DNA of 64,000 bases from Cypionkella sp. (lineage in GTDB: Bacteria; Pseudomonadota; Alphaproteobacteria; Rhodobacterales; Rhodobacteraceae). This document shows positions 29,098 to 39,864 of this stretch, piece by piece (the first letter of the stretch is position 1; each line of letters opens with the position of its first letter). A model generated the notes under the pieces. The model was not told where the DNA came from. It worked only from the letters and a program-made list of their open reading frames with translations, and did no database searches. Both the position numbers and the translations under genes were made by a program. The stretch lies in assembly GCF_030652235.1 (NCBI RefSeq), contig NZ_JAUSBA010000042.1, positions 1,205-65,204 on the forward strand. Direction: 5' to 3'.

Positions 29098-29736
29098 TTA
29101 CAGCGCAAAGGCCGAAGCCTTGGCAAATCCCGGCAAAATCGGTGCCGTAGCGTTAAACGAAAACCGCCAAGTCACCCGACCGTCAGCCTTATGGCCGATT
29201 TTCACCGACCCAAGCGCGCCCTGCATGAAAATCGCGGCAATCCGGCCACCTTCGGCCAGTTGCGCAAGCAGCGCCTCGGGCACCTGCTGCACGCCGCCCT
29301 CAATCAGGATCACATCATACGATCCCGCCGCGCCATCCTCCAGCGGCCCGGTCACCACCGAGACTTTGCCCGCGCCAAAAGTCGCCTGCGCCGCGCCCGC
29401 CAGCCCCGCATCGGACTCAACCATCACCACCGAAGCCAGCATCCGCCCCAGCACCGCAGCGCCATAGCCCAGACCACCCGCGATATACAAAGCGCGGTCG
29501 CTTGGTTGCACATCCAGCGCCTCCAGCATCTTGGCCAAAGTGCGGGCTTCCACCATCACCCGACCATTGCCGATCTCAAGGTTCTCACCGACGTAAGCCG
29601 CTTCGGATTTTGAGTGTGGCACATAGGCCTCGCGCGGCACCGCAAGCATCGCCGCGATAATGGGAAATTTTGTGACGTCGGACGGGCGCACCTGAGTGTC
29701 GACCATCATCACGCGGCGGGCAGAAAAATCGCTCAT
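29098..29736 (-). CDS. pcm: Protein-L-isoaspartate O-methyltransferase
   Basis: MVDTQVRPSDVT, VPRE.YVP, YDVILIEG. Confidence 0.88.
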   Translation of the reverse strand: MSDFSARRVMMVDTQVRPSDVTKFPIIAAMLAVPREAYVPHSKSEAAYVGENLEIGNGRVMVEARTLAKMLEALDVQPSDRALYIAGGLGYGAAVLGRMLASVVMVESDAGLAGAAQATFGAGKVSVVTGPLEDGAAGSYDVILIEGGVQQVPEALLAQLAEGGRIAAIFMQGALGSVKIGHKADGRVTWRFSFNATAPILPGFAKASAFAL

Positions 29737-29845
29737 TTGGCTAAACTCACCAGTCTAGATTGCGTCTGTTTTGTCTTGCCACATCTGACCCGACAGAGCA
29801 ACGGCCCATCGCAACCGCGCATAGATTGTGACGAAGTGTTGCCCG

Positions 29846-30490
29846 TTAAACCGCAGGTGCGCCGCTAAATTTGGCACCCGCCCAAGTTGCCGCCCGTGTG
29901 TCCAACTCTTTGAATTTCACCGTTGCAGCCTCCAACTTCGCCCGCCAGACCGGATCAGGCTGCTGGCCTTGCGTCACTTTGAAGAACACCTGCAACAGGC
30001 AGGCAATCGCAAAGGGCTCAATCAGCGCCGCTGTCACCGCCCAGTCAAACAAAATGGCAAACACAAACCCGCCCGCCGACCATGACCCGGAGATCAGGCA
30101 AACCACCAAAGCCGCCGGGGCCAGCATCACCAGAAACACCACGAACGACAGCCCACAGCTGAACAGGGTCAGCCAAGCCGCATTGATCAACAAGGGCTTG
30201 GCGTTCTGCGCATACAGCACCAAGCCGTCCTGCGCCGGACTCCAAGGATTTTCTGCCTCGGTCCTGATGCCATGCGCCAAAATCACCTCATCGATCAGCC
30301 CAACCGAGACTTTCAGATCGGCCCGCACCACCCCCATCGTTTGATCCGCTTTTGGGATAGGCACGATACCCAAAATCCCCTGCATCAGCCCGATGATCAC
30401 CCCCACCACGCCCTTGATCAACCGATCCAGCGCAAGAAGCGCGGTCTTGCGCATCAGCCCAAGCGCCTGCGCCAGCGAAAAATCTCACAG
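29846..30490 (-). pseudogene. Internally deleted conserved membrane protein gene
   Basis: 5' end reads L*DFSLAQALGLMRKTA and runs straight into LLALDRLIKGVV; remainder IDEVILAHGIRT...LVLYAQNAKP..LIEPFAIAC resembles a larger family recalled as starting MWDFS. Confidence 0.6.
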
Positions 30491-30666
30491 ATAAAGCTCC
30501 AAAACTGTCTGCCGAATACCCGGCTAGAATCTGCCTGAGCGGCGTGCAATGCAAGAAAATTTATCATCGCGATTTCAGGGCAAGTCTTCGCGCAAGGGCA
30601 GATCGAAACCGATCCTTAACCCCTGCCCCACATCCTATTCAGACAAAGCCGCAACAGGAGAATCCT

Positions 30667-30840
30667 ATGCAAAACCTAAGTCCCGCCGATGAACTCTGCG
30701 AAATCCGCGCCGCCGTCGCGCGCCTGCAAGCGCGTGAGGCGAGCCTTTGCGCCACCCTGCAACACGCGGCCCAAACACCAACGCTGCCCACGCCCCGCCC
30801 CGGCTGGCCGATCCGGCGTAACGCGGCAGAATTGCATTAA
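30667..30840 (+). CDS. Small hypothetical protein, 57 aa, with a coiled-coil-like N-half
   Basis: CAGGAG RBS 6 nt upstream; SPADELCEIRAAVARLQAREASL heptad-like pattern. Confidence 0.55.
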   Translation: MQNLSPADELCEIRAAVARLQAREASLCATLQHAAQTPTLPTPRPGWPIRRNAAELH

Positions 30841-30998
30841 GCGATCTGCGCAAAACGCTGTTCCCGGCGGTGCAAAATCGCAGCCCAAGCGGCACAACCA
30901 CAATATGTTGTGGAAAATGCCCTCAAAACTGCCCAGAAATACAAGCCACTCCCAGCTGGGAAGACGTTCAGGCGAACAGCACCCGGTCTGCAAACATG

Positions 30999-31040
30999 GG
31001 CAACACTTCGGAAGGCAACACTCTGGAAGGCAGCACCCTA
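30999..31040 (+). repeat. 15-bp imperfect tandem repeat, about 2.8 copies
   Basis: GGCAACACTTCGGAA / GGCAACACTCTGGAA / GGCAGCACCCTA abutting the CoA-ligase stop. Confidence 0.65.
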
Positions 31041-32660
31041 AGCCCCGTCCCTCAGCCGGAACCGCTGAATTTTCCCGGTTTGGGTTTTCGGCAAAGCCTG
31101 CACAAAATGCACCGCGCGTGGATATTTATACGGCGCAATCACCCGCTTCACATGATCCTGCAACGCCTTGATCATCACAGCATCGCCCACTCGCCCCTGC
31201 GCCAACACCACATGCGCCTCGACAATCTGCCCACGTTCCTCATCCGCCCGCCCGATCACCGCACATTCCAGCACATCGGGGTGCGACAACAGTGCCGCCT
31301 CCACCTCTGGCCCCGCGATGTTATAGCCCGACGAGATAATCATATCGTCCGAGCGCGCGGCAAAGTGGAACCGCCCCTCGTCATCCTGCCAGAAGCTATC
31401 CCCGGTCAGGTTCCAGCCATCCCGCACATATTTCCCTTGCCGATCATCCGCCAAGTACCGACACCCCGTAGGCCCGCGCACCGCCAAGCGGCCCACTTCA
31501 CCGCGCGGCAGTTCTGCCATATCCGGCCCCACAACCCGCGCTTCATAGCCCTTAACCGGCCGCCCCGTGCAACCCGGTTGGTGATCTTCAAACCGATTGG
31601 TCAGGAAAATGTGCAACATCTCGGTGGCACCAATGCCATCCAGCATCGGCTTGCCGGTCTTCGCCATCCATTCTTCATAGACCGGCGCAGGCAAAGTCTC
31701 CCCCGCAGAGACCGCCGCGCGCAAAGATGACAAATCCGCCCCCTCCGCCATCGCCTTCAGCATCACCCGATAGGCCGTGGGCGCGGTAAAACACACTGTC
31801 GCTTTGTGGGTCTGGATCAGCTCAATCATATTGCCCGGCGTCGCCTGCTCCAACAAAGCCGCCGCCGCACCAAACCGCAAGGGGAACACCGCAAGACCGC
31901 CCAGACCAAAAGTGAACGCCAGAGGCGGGCTGCCTACAAACACATCTTCCGGCGTGACGTTCAAAACCTCTTTCGCATACCCATCCGCGATGATCAGAAT
32001 ATCGCGGTGAAACGCCATCGCGCCCTTCGGCTCTCCGGTCGTCCCCGAGGTAAACCCGATCAGCGCCACATCATCACGCCCCACCGGCGGCGGGCTAAAC
32101 CGTACCGATTTCGACAAAGCTGCCCGGTCCAGCTCCGCATCATGGTTCGCCGTGCCGTCAAAGCCGACCACGGTTTTCAGAAACCCCGAGGTCTTGGCGC
32201 AAGTCACCAACTCCTCCATCAACCTTGTGTCGCACAGGGCCAAAGCGATCTCGGCTTTATCGACAATCTGCACCAGCTCGCCCGCCCGCAGCATCGGCAT
32301 GGTGTTGACCACCACCGCCCCGGCCTTGGTCGCGGCCAACCAACAGGCCACCATCGCAGGATTGTTGGCAGAGCGAATAAGCACACGATTGCCGGGTTTT
32401 ATGCCGTAATCCTCAACCAACACATGCGCCAAACGGTTCGACCAATCAGTCAGTTCTTTATAGGTACGCTGCCGCCCGTTTCCGATCAAAGCCGTGTGGT
32501 CGCCAAAGCCCTTTTCGACCATCCGATCCGTCAGCTCGACCGCTGCGTTCAGATACTCGGGGTAATCAAAGCCCTCCAGCAGAAACTCTGGCTGCTGATC
32601 AGCAGGTGGCAAACGGTCACGGGTGAACGTATCACTATGCCCAGTCGGCCCCAACATCAC
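31038..32660 (-). CDS. abmG: 2-aminobenzoate-CoA ligase (benzoate-CoA ligase family)
   Basis: FTSGTTGEPKG, SAGETL, DGIGATE, KYPR, KTQTGK; last gene of an abm-like cluster. Confidence 0.8.
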   Translation of the reverse strand: MMLGPTGHSDTFTRDRLPPADQQPEFLLEGFDYPEYLNAAVELTDRMVEKGFGDHTALIGNGRQRTYKELTDWSNRLAHVLVEDYGIKPGNRVLIRSANNPAMVACWLAATKAGAVVVNTMPMLRAGELVQIVDKAEIALALCDTRLMEELVTCAKTSGFLKTVVGFDGTANHDAELDRAALSKSVRFSPPPVGRDDVALIGFTSGTTGEPKGAMAFHRDILIIADGYAKEVLNVTPEDVFVGSPPLAFTFGLGGLAVFPLRFGAAAALLEQATPGNMIELIQTHKATVCFTAPTAYRVMLKAMAEGADLSSLRAAVSAGETLPAPVYEEWMAKTGKPMLDGIGATEMLHIFLTNRFEDHQPGCTGRPVKGYEARVVGPDMAELPRGEVGRLAVRGPTGCRYLADDRQGKYVRDGWNLTGDSFWQDDEGRFHFAARSDDMIISSGYNIAGPEVEAALLSHPDVLECAVIGRADEERGQIVEAHVVLAQGRVGDAVMIKALQDHVKRVIAPYKYPRAVHFVQALPKTQTGKIQRFRLRDGA

Positions 32661-33061
32661 ACAGCCTCCGGAATAACGGCGGTCGCCTCAATCTCAACTT
32701 TCGCGCGGTCCTCGACCAAAGCCACCACCTGCACCAGCGCCATCGCCGGATAATGCCGCCCGATCACGTCTTTGTAAATCGCACCCAGGCCCTTCAGATT
32801 GCTTAGATATTCGTTCTTATCGGTGACATACCACGTCAAACGTACAAGATGCTCGGGCCGCGCCCCGGCGCAAGCCAGCACTTCGACAATCCCCCGCAAC
32901 GCCGTCTCAACCTGGCCCACAAAATCATCGGTTTCAAACTCTTGATCGACGTTCCAACCGATCAGGCCGCCAGTGAAAACCATCCGTCCCGAGGCCGCCA
33001 TGCCATTGGCATAGCCCCGTGCAGGCTTCCAGTTTTTCGGGTGCAAAACCTCATGACTCAT
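32657..33061 (-). CDS. RidA/YjgF family protein (AbmF-like)
   Basis: RGYANG, YPAMALVQV..L, AKVEIEATA. Confidence 0.85.
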   Translation of the reverse strand: MSHEVLHPKNWKPARGYANGMAASGRMVFTGGLIGWNVDQEFETDDFVGQVETALRGIVEVLACAGARPEHLVRLTWYVTDKNEYLSNLKGLGAIYKDVIGRHYPAMALVQVVALVEDRAKVEIEATAVIPEAV

Positions 33062-33468
33062 GCCGCGTCCTCCATATATGCCATCAGGCGCGCCCGCATC
33101 GCGTCGGGCCAAGCCGCCGCTTTCATGCCGTCGATCCACACCAAAGTCAGCGCCACGCGCAGTCGCAATTCGGCGCCCATATGGCCCGCAATCTTCAAAC
33201 TGACCGAAGAGCGCCCGATTTTCTCAATCGTCAGTGAAAACAGCACCTTATCGCCAAGACGGGACGGGGCTACAAATTCCGCCGCAAGCGCCACCGTCGG
33301 CACACCGTTCGCGGCACCCCGATGCATCGAGGCAAAACTGCGCCCGACCACATCGTTGAAAAAGTTCTCCACGACCGAGTTGGTCATCTCAAAATAGCGC
33401 GGATAAAACACGATCCCCGCCGGGTCGCAGTGGTTGAACTCGATCTGAATCTCGCGGGTATAAGTCAT
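33058..33468 (-). CDS. 4-hydroxybenzoyl-CoA thioesterase family protein (AbmE-like)
   Basis: [12 protein letters not shown] hotdog motif. Confidence 0.85.
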   Translation of the reverse strand: MTYTREIQIEFNHCDPAGIVFYPRYFEMTNSVVENFFNDVVGRSFASMHRGAANGVPTVALAAEFVAPSRLGDKVLFSLTIEKIGRSSVSLKIAGHMGAELRLRVALTLVWIDGMKAAAWPDAMRARLMAYMEDAA

Positions 33469-34601
33469 CCCAAAATACTCCGCGCGATCACGATGCGCTG
33501 CACATCTGACGCACCTTCATAAATCCGCAGCGCCCTGATTTCGCGGTACAAAGCCTCGACTGCAAAGCCATGCCGCACGCCATCACCGCCATGCAGCTGC
33601 ACCGCCATATCAATCACCTTCTGCGCCGCTTCGGTGGCATAAAGCTTAGCCATTGCGGCCTCCCGGCTGATCCGCGCTGCGCCTTGATCCTTCACCCAAG
33701 CCGCGCGGTAGATCAGCAGCGCCGAGGCATCAACCTGCAACGCCATATCCGCCAGATGCCCCTGCACCATCTGCAATTCGCTTAACGCCGCACCCTGAAT
33801 CCGACGGTTTTGAACGCGTGTCAAAGCCTCATCCAGTGCGCGCCGCGCAAAGCCCAAAGCCGCAGCGCCAACGGTAGAGCGGAACACATCCAACACCGAC
33901 ATCGCGATCTTAAAGCCGTCCCCGGCCCGCCCGATCAGCGCGGTTTCCGGCAACACAACTTCCTGCAACGCCAAATGCGCCAGTGGATGCGGCGCAATCA
34001 CTTCGATCCGCTCTACCACCCGCAACCCAGGCGTATCGGCAGGCAACAAAAACGCCGATAGCCCCTTCGCGCCCAGAGCCTCGCCCGTCCGCGCGATGAT
34101 CACATAGACATCGGCAATCCCGCCGTTCGAGATATAGGTCTTCTCGCCGTTCAGCACCCAGCCCTGCGGCCCCGGCACCGCAGTGGTGCTGGTCGCCGCC
34201 ACATCCGACCCCGATGCCGGTTCAGTCAAAGCAAATCCCGAAATCGCCGTTCCCGCGCGCGTCCGCCCCAACCATTCGCGCTGCACATCCGAACCAAACA
34301 GCGACACCGCCCCCATGCCAAGCCCCTGCATTGCAAAGGCAAAATCTGCCAACCCATCATGGCGGGCCAAAATCTCGCGGATCAGACACAGACTGCGCAC
34401 GTCCAGGTTTTCGCCGATCCCTGCGCCAGAGTGCTGCAGCCAACCGCCCGCCCCCAGCATCGCCACCAGCCCCCGGCACGCCGCATCGACATCACCATGA
34501 TCAACGGGCAGATGCACCGCAGCCCAAGCCTCCAAAGCCGCCGCCAACGCCCGATGACGGTCCTCAAAAAACGGCCAGCTTAGAAAACTTTGGTCCGACA
34601 T
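33465..34601 (-). CDS. Acyl-CoA dehydrogenase (AbmD-like)
   Basis: [35 protein letters not shown]. Confidence 0.88.
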   Translation of the reverse strand: MSDQSFLSWPFFEDRHRALAAALEAWAAVHLPVDHGDVDAACRGLVAMLGAGGWLQHSGAGIGENLDVRSLCLIREILARHDGLADFAFAMQGLGMGAVSLFGSDVQREWLGRTRAGTAISGFALTEPASGSDVAATSTTAVPGPQGWVLNGEKTYISNGGIADVYVIIARTGEALGAKGLSAFLLPADTPGLRVVERIEVIAPHPLAHLALQEVVLPETALIGRAGDGFKIAMSVLDVFRSTVGAAALGFARRALDEALTRVQNRRIQGAALSELQMVQGHLADMALQVDASALLIYRAAWVKDQGAARISREAAMAKLYATEAAQKVIDMAVQLHGGDGVRHGFAVEALYREIRALRIYEGASDVQRIVIARSILG

Positions 34602-34603
34602 AG

Positions 34604-34669
34604 TTCATCCTCTGCGCTCAAATATTCCAGGTGCCTATTGGTTTTGCCATTGGCTCAAGAAACCAATAG
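34604..34669 (+). repeat. REP-like copy followed by a 10-bp inverted repeat
   Basis: TTCATCCTCTGCGCTCAAATATTCC then CTATTGGTTT-N15-AAACCAATAG (34635-34669). Confidence 0.55.
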
Positions 34670-34704
34670 ACGGGGGCAGTACCCCGGGGCTTGCCAAAGG
34701 CGCA

Positions 34705-35526
34705 TCAATCCCCCGCGAAAACCGGCTTTTGCTTGGCCACGAACGCGCGATAAGCGCGTTCAAAATCTTTCGTCTGCATACAGATCGCTTGCGCCTGCGC
34801 TTCGGCTTCAATCGCCGCCAGCAGACCCATGTCCCATTCCTGCAACAATTGCGTCTTGGTCACGCCATGCGCAAAGCACGGACCCGCCGCCAAGCGCCGC
34901 GCCAGCACCAGCGCCTCGGCTTCCAGCGCATCGACACCGTGCAAAGCATTCCAGAAGCCCCAGCGCTCGCCTTCTGCCGCCGTCATCACCCGGCCCGTGT
35001 ACAGCAATTCCGCAGCCCGACCCTGCCCGATAATCCGCGGCAGCATCGCGCACGCCCCCATATCGCAGCCCGCAAGCCCGACCCGGGTGAACAAAAATGC
35101 GCATTTCGCCTCCGGCGTCGCCAGCCGCAGATCGGCGGCCATCGCAAGGATCGCCCCTGCGCCCACGGCCACGCCATCCACCGCCGCAATGATCGGTTTG
35201 CCGCAGGAAATCATCGCCTTGACCAAATCTCCGGTCATCCGGGTAAACGCCAGCAAATCCTTCATCGGCAGCCCGATCAGCGGCCCGATGATATCATGCA
35301 CATCGCCGCCCGAGCAGAAATTACCACCGTTCGACGCCAGCACCACCACATCGACATCCGTCGCGTAGACCAGATTGCGAAACAAATCGCGCAGCTCGGC
35401 ATAGCTCTCAAACGTCAGCGGGTTCTTGCGCTCGGGTCGGTTCAACCGCAGCACAGCGACCCGGTCGGTGACGTCCCACAGAAAATGCGCGGGCTTAAAA
35501 TCCGCCAGTTTGATGCCTTCGGTCAT
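34705..35526 (-). CDS. Enoyl-CoA hydratase/isomerase (AbmC-like)
   Basis: [21 protein letters not shown]; crotonase fold. Confidence 0.88.
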   Translation of the reverse strand: MTEGIKLADFKPAHFLWDVTDRVAVLRLNRPERKNPLTFESYAELRDLFRNLVYATDVDVVVLASNGGNFCSGGDVHDIIGPLIGLPMKDLLAFTRMTGDLVKAMISCGKPIIAAVDGVAVGAGAILAMAADLRLATPEAKCAFLFTRVGLAGCDMGACAMLPRIIGQGRAAELLYTGRVMTAAEGERWGFWNALHGVDALEAEALVLARRLAAGPCFAHGVTKTQLLQEWDMGLLAAIEAEAQAQAICMQTKDFERAYRAFVAKQKPVFAGD

Positions 35527-35954
35527 GCTCGGCCCATCCTTTTCAAAATCTCGGTCAGGCTGTCCAAATCTGGCTCTGACAGCCCACCAAACAGCCGATC
35601 CACCTCGCGCTCGTGGTCGCTCGCCAGCCCCTCAAAATCCGCCAGACCCTGCGGCGTCAGCGCCACAAACACCGTGCGACGGTCCTGATCGCTTTGGGTG
35701 CGCAGAACGAGGCCGTCTTTTTCCAGCCGATCCACCACCGCCGTCGCGTTGCCGTTAGAGACCAGCAGCATCCGGGAAAGCTCTGACATCGTCACGCCAT
35801 CCCGCCGCCGGTACAGAGCTGCCAGCACGTCAAAACGCGGCAAAGTGGTGTCGTGTTTCACCCGCAGAAACTCGCGCAGGTGCGACTCGGAACTGCGCGT
35901 CACCCCCAACATCCGGATCCACATCTTCAGACGCCGCTTTGACAGATCACTCAC
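35523..35954 (-). CDS. MarR family regulator
   Basis: [32 protein letters not shown]...LT..G; GTG start overlapping the upstream TGA. Confidence 0.88.
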   Translation of the reverse strand: MSDLSKRRLKMWIRMLGVTRSSESHLREFLRVKHDTTLPRFDVLAALYRRRDGVTMSELSRMLLVSNGNATAVVDRLEKDGLVLRTQSDQDRRTVFVALTPQGLADFEGLASDHEREVDRLFGGLSEPDLDSLTEILKRMGRA

Positions 35955-36721
35955 AATTCCCCCCCCGCAATCGTCAAAGCCTGCCCGTTCACCCCTTCCG
36001 AGCCCGGCCCACACAGAAACAACGCCATCGCGGTGACTTCCGAAGGCGCGATCAGCCGCCCCTGCGGGTTCATCGCCGCCAAAACGGCCCGCGCTTCATC
36101 CAAGGATTTCCCGGTTTTCTCGGCAATCACCTCAACCGAGTGATCGGTCATCGGCGTGTCGAGAAACCCCGGACAAATCGCATTCACCGTCACCGGACGC
36201 TTGGCAATTTCCAAGGCCAAAGACCGCGTCAGCCCAATCACCCCGTGCTTTGCCGCCGCATAGGGGGCGACCTTGGCATAGCCCTTCAGCCCCGCTGTTG
36301 ACGCCACCGAGATCAACCGCCCCCAGCCCGGCATCTGGTTCAAGCCGTCGCGCAGGGTCAAAAACACCCCCGTCAGGTTCACCGCAATCATCGTATTCCA
36401 CTGGGCAAGCGAGGTCTTCGCCATCACCGTCGAATCCGCGGCCCCGGCATTGGCGATCACCACATCGCATGGCCCGGCTTGCGCAAACATCGCCCGCACC
36501 GAGGCTTCATCGGTCACATCCGCCTGCACCGCCCGGATACCCGGCGACAACAAAGCCACCGCCTGCAACGCCTCGATCCGACGCCCCGCGATCACCACTT
36601 CGGCCCCCGCTTGCGCAAAGCCCAGCGCAAGGTTCTCGCCTGCACCCGAGCCGCCCCCGGTGATCAAAACGCGTTTGCCAGCCAGACTGTTACCCGAGAG
36701 GATCATACCCGGCCCAGTCAT
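35951..36721 (-). CDS. SDR oxidoreductase (AbmB-like)
   Basis: [20 protein letters not shown]. Confidence 0.85.
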   Translation of the reverse strand: MTGPGMILSGNSLAGKRVLITGGGSGAGENLALGFAQAGAEVVIAGRRIEALQAVALLSPGIRAVQADVTDEASVRAMFAQAGPCDVVIANAGAADSTVMAKTSLAQWNTMIAVNLTGVFLTLRDGLNQMPGWGRLISVASTAGLKGYAKVAPYAAAKHGVIGLTRSLALEIAKRPVTVNAICPGFLDTPMTDHSVEVIAEKTGKSLDEARAVLAAMNPQGRLIAPSEVTAMALFLCGPGSEGVNGQALTIAGGEL

Positions 36722-39000
36722 ACCCGGATCGGGCCTTCCGACTTCTGCACCAACCGCCGTGCCTGATCACGGCCCGCAAGATAGGGTTTCGGCCATGCGG
36801 TGCCTGTGTCGCCCAAGGCCACCGACTGATGCAAAGTCCAATACGGATCGGCCAGATGCACCCGTGCCAAGCAGACCAAATCCGCCCGCCCCGCAAGCAA
36901 TATCTGGTTCACCTGATCGGCCTCAGTGATATTGCCAACCGCCATCGTCGCAAGTCCCGCCTCATTCTTGATGCGGTCCGAGAAGGGCGTCTGGAACATC
37001 CGACCATATACAGGCTTCGCGTCCATCGAGGTCTGCCCCGCCGATACGTCAATAATATCAGCGCCTTCTGCCGCGAACATCTGGGCAATCTGCACAGCCT
37101 CCGCAGGCGTCACCCCACCTTCCGCCCAGTCATTGGCAGAAATCCGCACCGACATCGGCTTATGCCCCGGCCAATAGCGCCGCATCTCGCGGAACACTTC
37201 CAGCGGATAACGCATCCGGTTTTCCAAACTGCCGCCGTATTCATCTTCCCGCACATTCGACAACGGCGAGATGAACGACGAGATCAGATAGCCATGCGCC
37301 GCGTGAAGCTCGATCATGTCGAAATCCGAGCCCTCGGCCATCTCGGTTGCCTTGATGAACTGGCGCAGAACGCTGTCCATATCATCGCGGTCCATGGCTT
37401 TCGGGGTCGCATTGCCCTCTTGCCACGGGATTGCAGAAGCGCTGAGCAACGGCCAATTCCCCGACACCAGCGGTGCATCGGCATCGGCCCAGCCGACTTG
37501 CGTCGATCCCTTGCGCCCGGAATGACCAATCTGGCAGCAGGTCTTGGCTTTTGTCTCAGCATGGATAAAATCGTTGATCCGCTTCCACGCCAATTCGTGC
37601 TTGGGCGTATACAGCCCCGTGCAACCCGGCGTGATCCGGCCATTGGCGGACACGCAGGTCATCTCGGTATACACCAGCCCAGCGCCGCCTTTGGCGCGCT
37701 CTGCGTAATGTACGAAATGCCAATCGCCCGGCACGCCTTCGACCGCACGATATTGCGCCATCGGCGACACCACCACGCGGTTTTCCAGCGTCATGCCGCG
37801 CAACTGAAACGGCGTGAACATCGGCGCACGGCCAGGCGCACCGCCATATTGTGCTGCAAACCAATCCTCGGCCGATCGCAGCCACGCCGGATCGCGCATC
37901 CGCAAATTCTCATGGCTGATCCGCTGCGAACGCGTCAGCAGCGAATAGGCAAACTGCGGCGCGGGCATATCGAGATAACGCTCGACCTCCTCAAACCACT
38001 CCAGCGAATTGCGCGCCGCCGATTGCAGCCGCAACACTTCCACCCGTCGCTCTGCCTGATAGCGCTCAAACGCCGCCTCTTTGGTCGGCTCCGAATGCAG
38101 ATATTCCGCCAAAGCAATCGCGCTATCAAACGCCAGCCGGGTGCCAGAACCGATTGAGAAATGGCTGGTCGCCGTCGCATCGCCCATCAGCACCACATTC
38201 TCATGATACCATTGCGCGCAAATCACCCGTGGAAACTGCATCCACACCGCCGAGCCGCGCAAATGCGCCGCGTTCGACATCAGATCATGGCCGCCGAGAT
38301 GCCGTTCAAAGATCTTGCGGCAGGTTTCCACCGTTTCCTCTTTGGTCATATCCTCGAAGCCCCACAGCTCCCAAGTATCCGGGCTACATTCGACGATGAA
38401 GGTCGCGGTATCGGCGTCAAACTGGTAAACATGCGCCCAGACCCAGCCGTATTCGGTTTTCTCGAAGATGAAGGTAAAGGCGTCCTCAAATTTGGCGTGC
38501 GTCCCCAGCCAAACAAACTTACACTTGCGCACATCAATATCCGGCTGAAACACCTCGGCATATTCGCGCCGCACAAGACTGTTAAGACCATCCGTCGCCA
38601 CCACAAGATCATAGTCCTTGCGGTATTCTTCCGCCGATTTGAACTCTGTCTCAAACCGCAGATCGACGCCCAATTCCCGCGCCCGCGCTTGCAGCAGGAT
38701 CAGCAGCGCCTTACGGCCAATCCCGGCAAAGCCATGCCCGCCCGACACCGTGCGCACACCGTTATGTACGACCGCAATATCGTCCCAATAGGCGAACTGA
38801 TCGCGAATGGCCTGTGTCGAGATCGGATCGTTCGCAGCCATCCGCCCCAAAGCATCATCCGACAACACCACCCCCCAGCCAAAGGTATCATTGGCTTTGT
38901 TACGCTCCATCACCACAACGTCGTGTGAGGCATCGCGCAGCTTCATCGAGATCGCGAAATACAAGCCCGCCGGACCACCGCCCAAACACAGAACCTTCAT
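36718..39000 (-). CDS. abmA: 2-aminobenzoyl-CoA monooxygenase/reductase (bifunctional flavoprotein hydroxylase plus OYE-like reductase)
   Basis: GGGPAG and GDA...HFSIGSGT in the N-half; PMAQY and HAAHGYL OYE motifs in the C-half; 760 aa. Confidence 0.85.
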   Translation of the reverse strand: MKVLCLGGGPAGLYFAISMKLRDASHDVVVMERNKANDTFGWGVVLSDDALGRMAANDPISTQAIRDQFAYWDDIAVVHNGVRTVSGGHGFAGIGRKALLILLQARARELGVDLRFETEFKSAEEYRKDYDLVVATDGLNSLVRREYAEVFQPDIDVRKCKFVWLGTHAKFEDAFTFIFEKTEYGWVWAHVYQFDADTATFIVECSPDTWELWGFEDMTKEETVETCRKIFERHLGGHDLMSNAAHLRGSAVWMQFPRVICAQWYHENVVLMGDATATSHFSIGSGTRLAFDSAIALAEYLHSEPTKEAAFERYQAERRVEVLRLQSAARNSLEWFEEVERYLDMPAPQFAYSLLTRSQRISHENLRMRDPAWLRSAEDWFAAQYGGAPGRAPMFTPFQLRGMTLENRVVVSPMAQYRAVEGVPGDWHFVHYAERAKGGAGLVYTEMTCVSANGRITPGCTGLYTPKHELAWKRINDFIHAETKAKTCCQIGHSGRKGSTQVGWADADAPLVSGNWPLLSASAIPWQEGNATPKAMDRDDMDSVLRQFIKATEMAEGSDFDMIELHAAHGYLISSFISPLSNVREDEYGGSLENRMRYPLEVFREMRRYWPGHKPMSVRISANDWAEGGVTPAEAVQIAQMFAAEGADIIDVSAGQTSMDAKPVYGRMFQTPFSDRIKNEAGLATMAVGNITEADQVNQILLAGRADLVCLARVHLADPYWTLHQSVALGDTGTAWPKPYLAGRDQARRLVQKSEGPIRV

Positions 39001-39047
39001 GGCAATCCCTCCAATGCGTTTGCATCAGCCTGCCATCACGGCAAAAC

Positions 39048-39079
39048 AATTTCAAGCTTGAAATTTCTCGCTTGAAATT
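39048..39079. promoter_or_regulatory. Palindromic operator plus an overlapping imperfect copy (candidate MarR site)
   Basis: Perfect 18-bp palindrome AATTTCAAGCTTGAAATT (39048-39065) and AATTTCTCGCTTGAAATT (39062-39079) in the divergent promoter. Confidence 0.7.
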
Positions 39080-39105
39080 TTTCGCCCACCCCGCATAGTG
39101 CGTCC

Positions 39106-39864
39106 ATGGAAAACTTGGCTATCACCCCGCACCCATTCTGGCTGCACATCGCGCTGAACCGCCCTGCGGTAAAGAACGCGCTGAACACCGCGACGCTTGC
39201 GGCTTTGGCCGATACGCTGACCCAAGCCGCCACCGACCCCAAGATCCGCGCAGTCCTGCTCTCCGGCACCGAGGGCAATTTTGCGGCAGGCGCCGACATC
39301 ACCGAAATCGAGGCCAAAACCAGCGCGCAGGCCGTCGCCGACCCCCGCAAAGCCTATTGGGCCACGATCCGCGCCTTCCCCAAACCGCTGATCGCCGCAA
39401 TCGACGGCTTTGCTTTAGGTGGCGGGCTGGAACTCGCCCTGATGGCCGACCTTATCGTTCTGGGCGAAACCGCAAAACTCGGCCTGCCCGAAACCAACCT
39501 TGGCCTGATCCCCGGCGCAGGCGGCACCCAGCGGTTGCTGGCGCTTGCAGGCCGCGCCCGCGCCAGCCGGATGATCCTGACCGGGGAAATCATCGACGCG
39601 CAAACCGCCCACGCCTGGGGCATCGCTGCCTACCTCACGGAAGGCTCCGCCCTGCCCGACGCCATCAACCTTACCGCAAAACTCAGCCAACGCGCGCCCC
39701 TCGCGCTGCAAGCCGCCAAAGCCGCCCTTGTCGCAGGCGACGAAACCGCTCGCGCCTTCGCCTTGGAACGCGCAAATTTTGAATCCCTGATGGACACCGC
39801 CGACAAAGCCGAAGGCATCCGCGCCTTCCGCGACAAGCGCAAACCCAGCTTCACAGGCACCTGA
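39106..39864 (+). CDS. Enoyl-CoA hydratase (PaaF-like)
   Basis: NFAAGADI, GGGLE, PETNLGLIPG. Confidence 0.88.
   Translation: MENLAITPHPFWLHIALNRPAVKNALNTATLAALADTLTQAATDPKIRAVLLSGTEGNFAAGADITEIEAKTSAQAVADPRKAYWATIRAFPKPLIAAIDGFALGGGLELALMADLIVLGETAKLGLPETNLGLIPGAGGTQRLLALAGRARASRMILTGEIIDAQTAHAWGIAAYLTEGSALPDAINLTAKLSQRAPLALQAAKAALVAGDETARAFALERANFESLMDTADKAEGIRAFRDKRKPSFTGT

Noticed and set aside
29736-29846. tRNA expected near pcm in some alphaproteobacteria
   Set aside because: No cloverleaf, T-loop GTTCGA or CCA end found here or elsewhere in the window
30676-30993. Minus-strand ORF MQTGCCSPERLPSWEW...
   Set aside because: Overlaps the better-supported 57-aa ORF antisense; no motif or RBS
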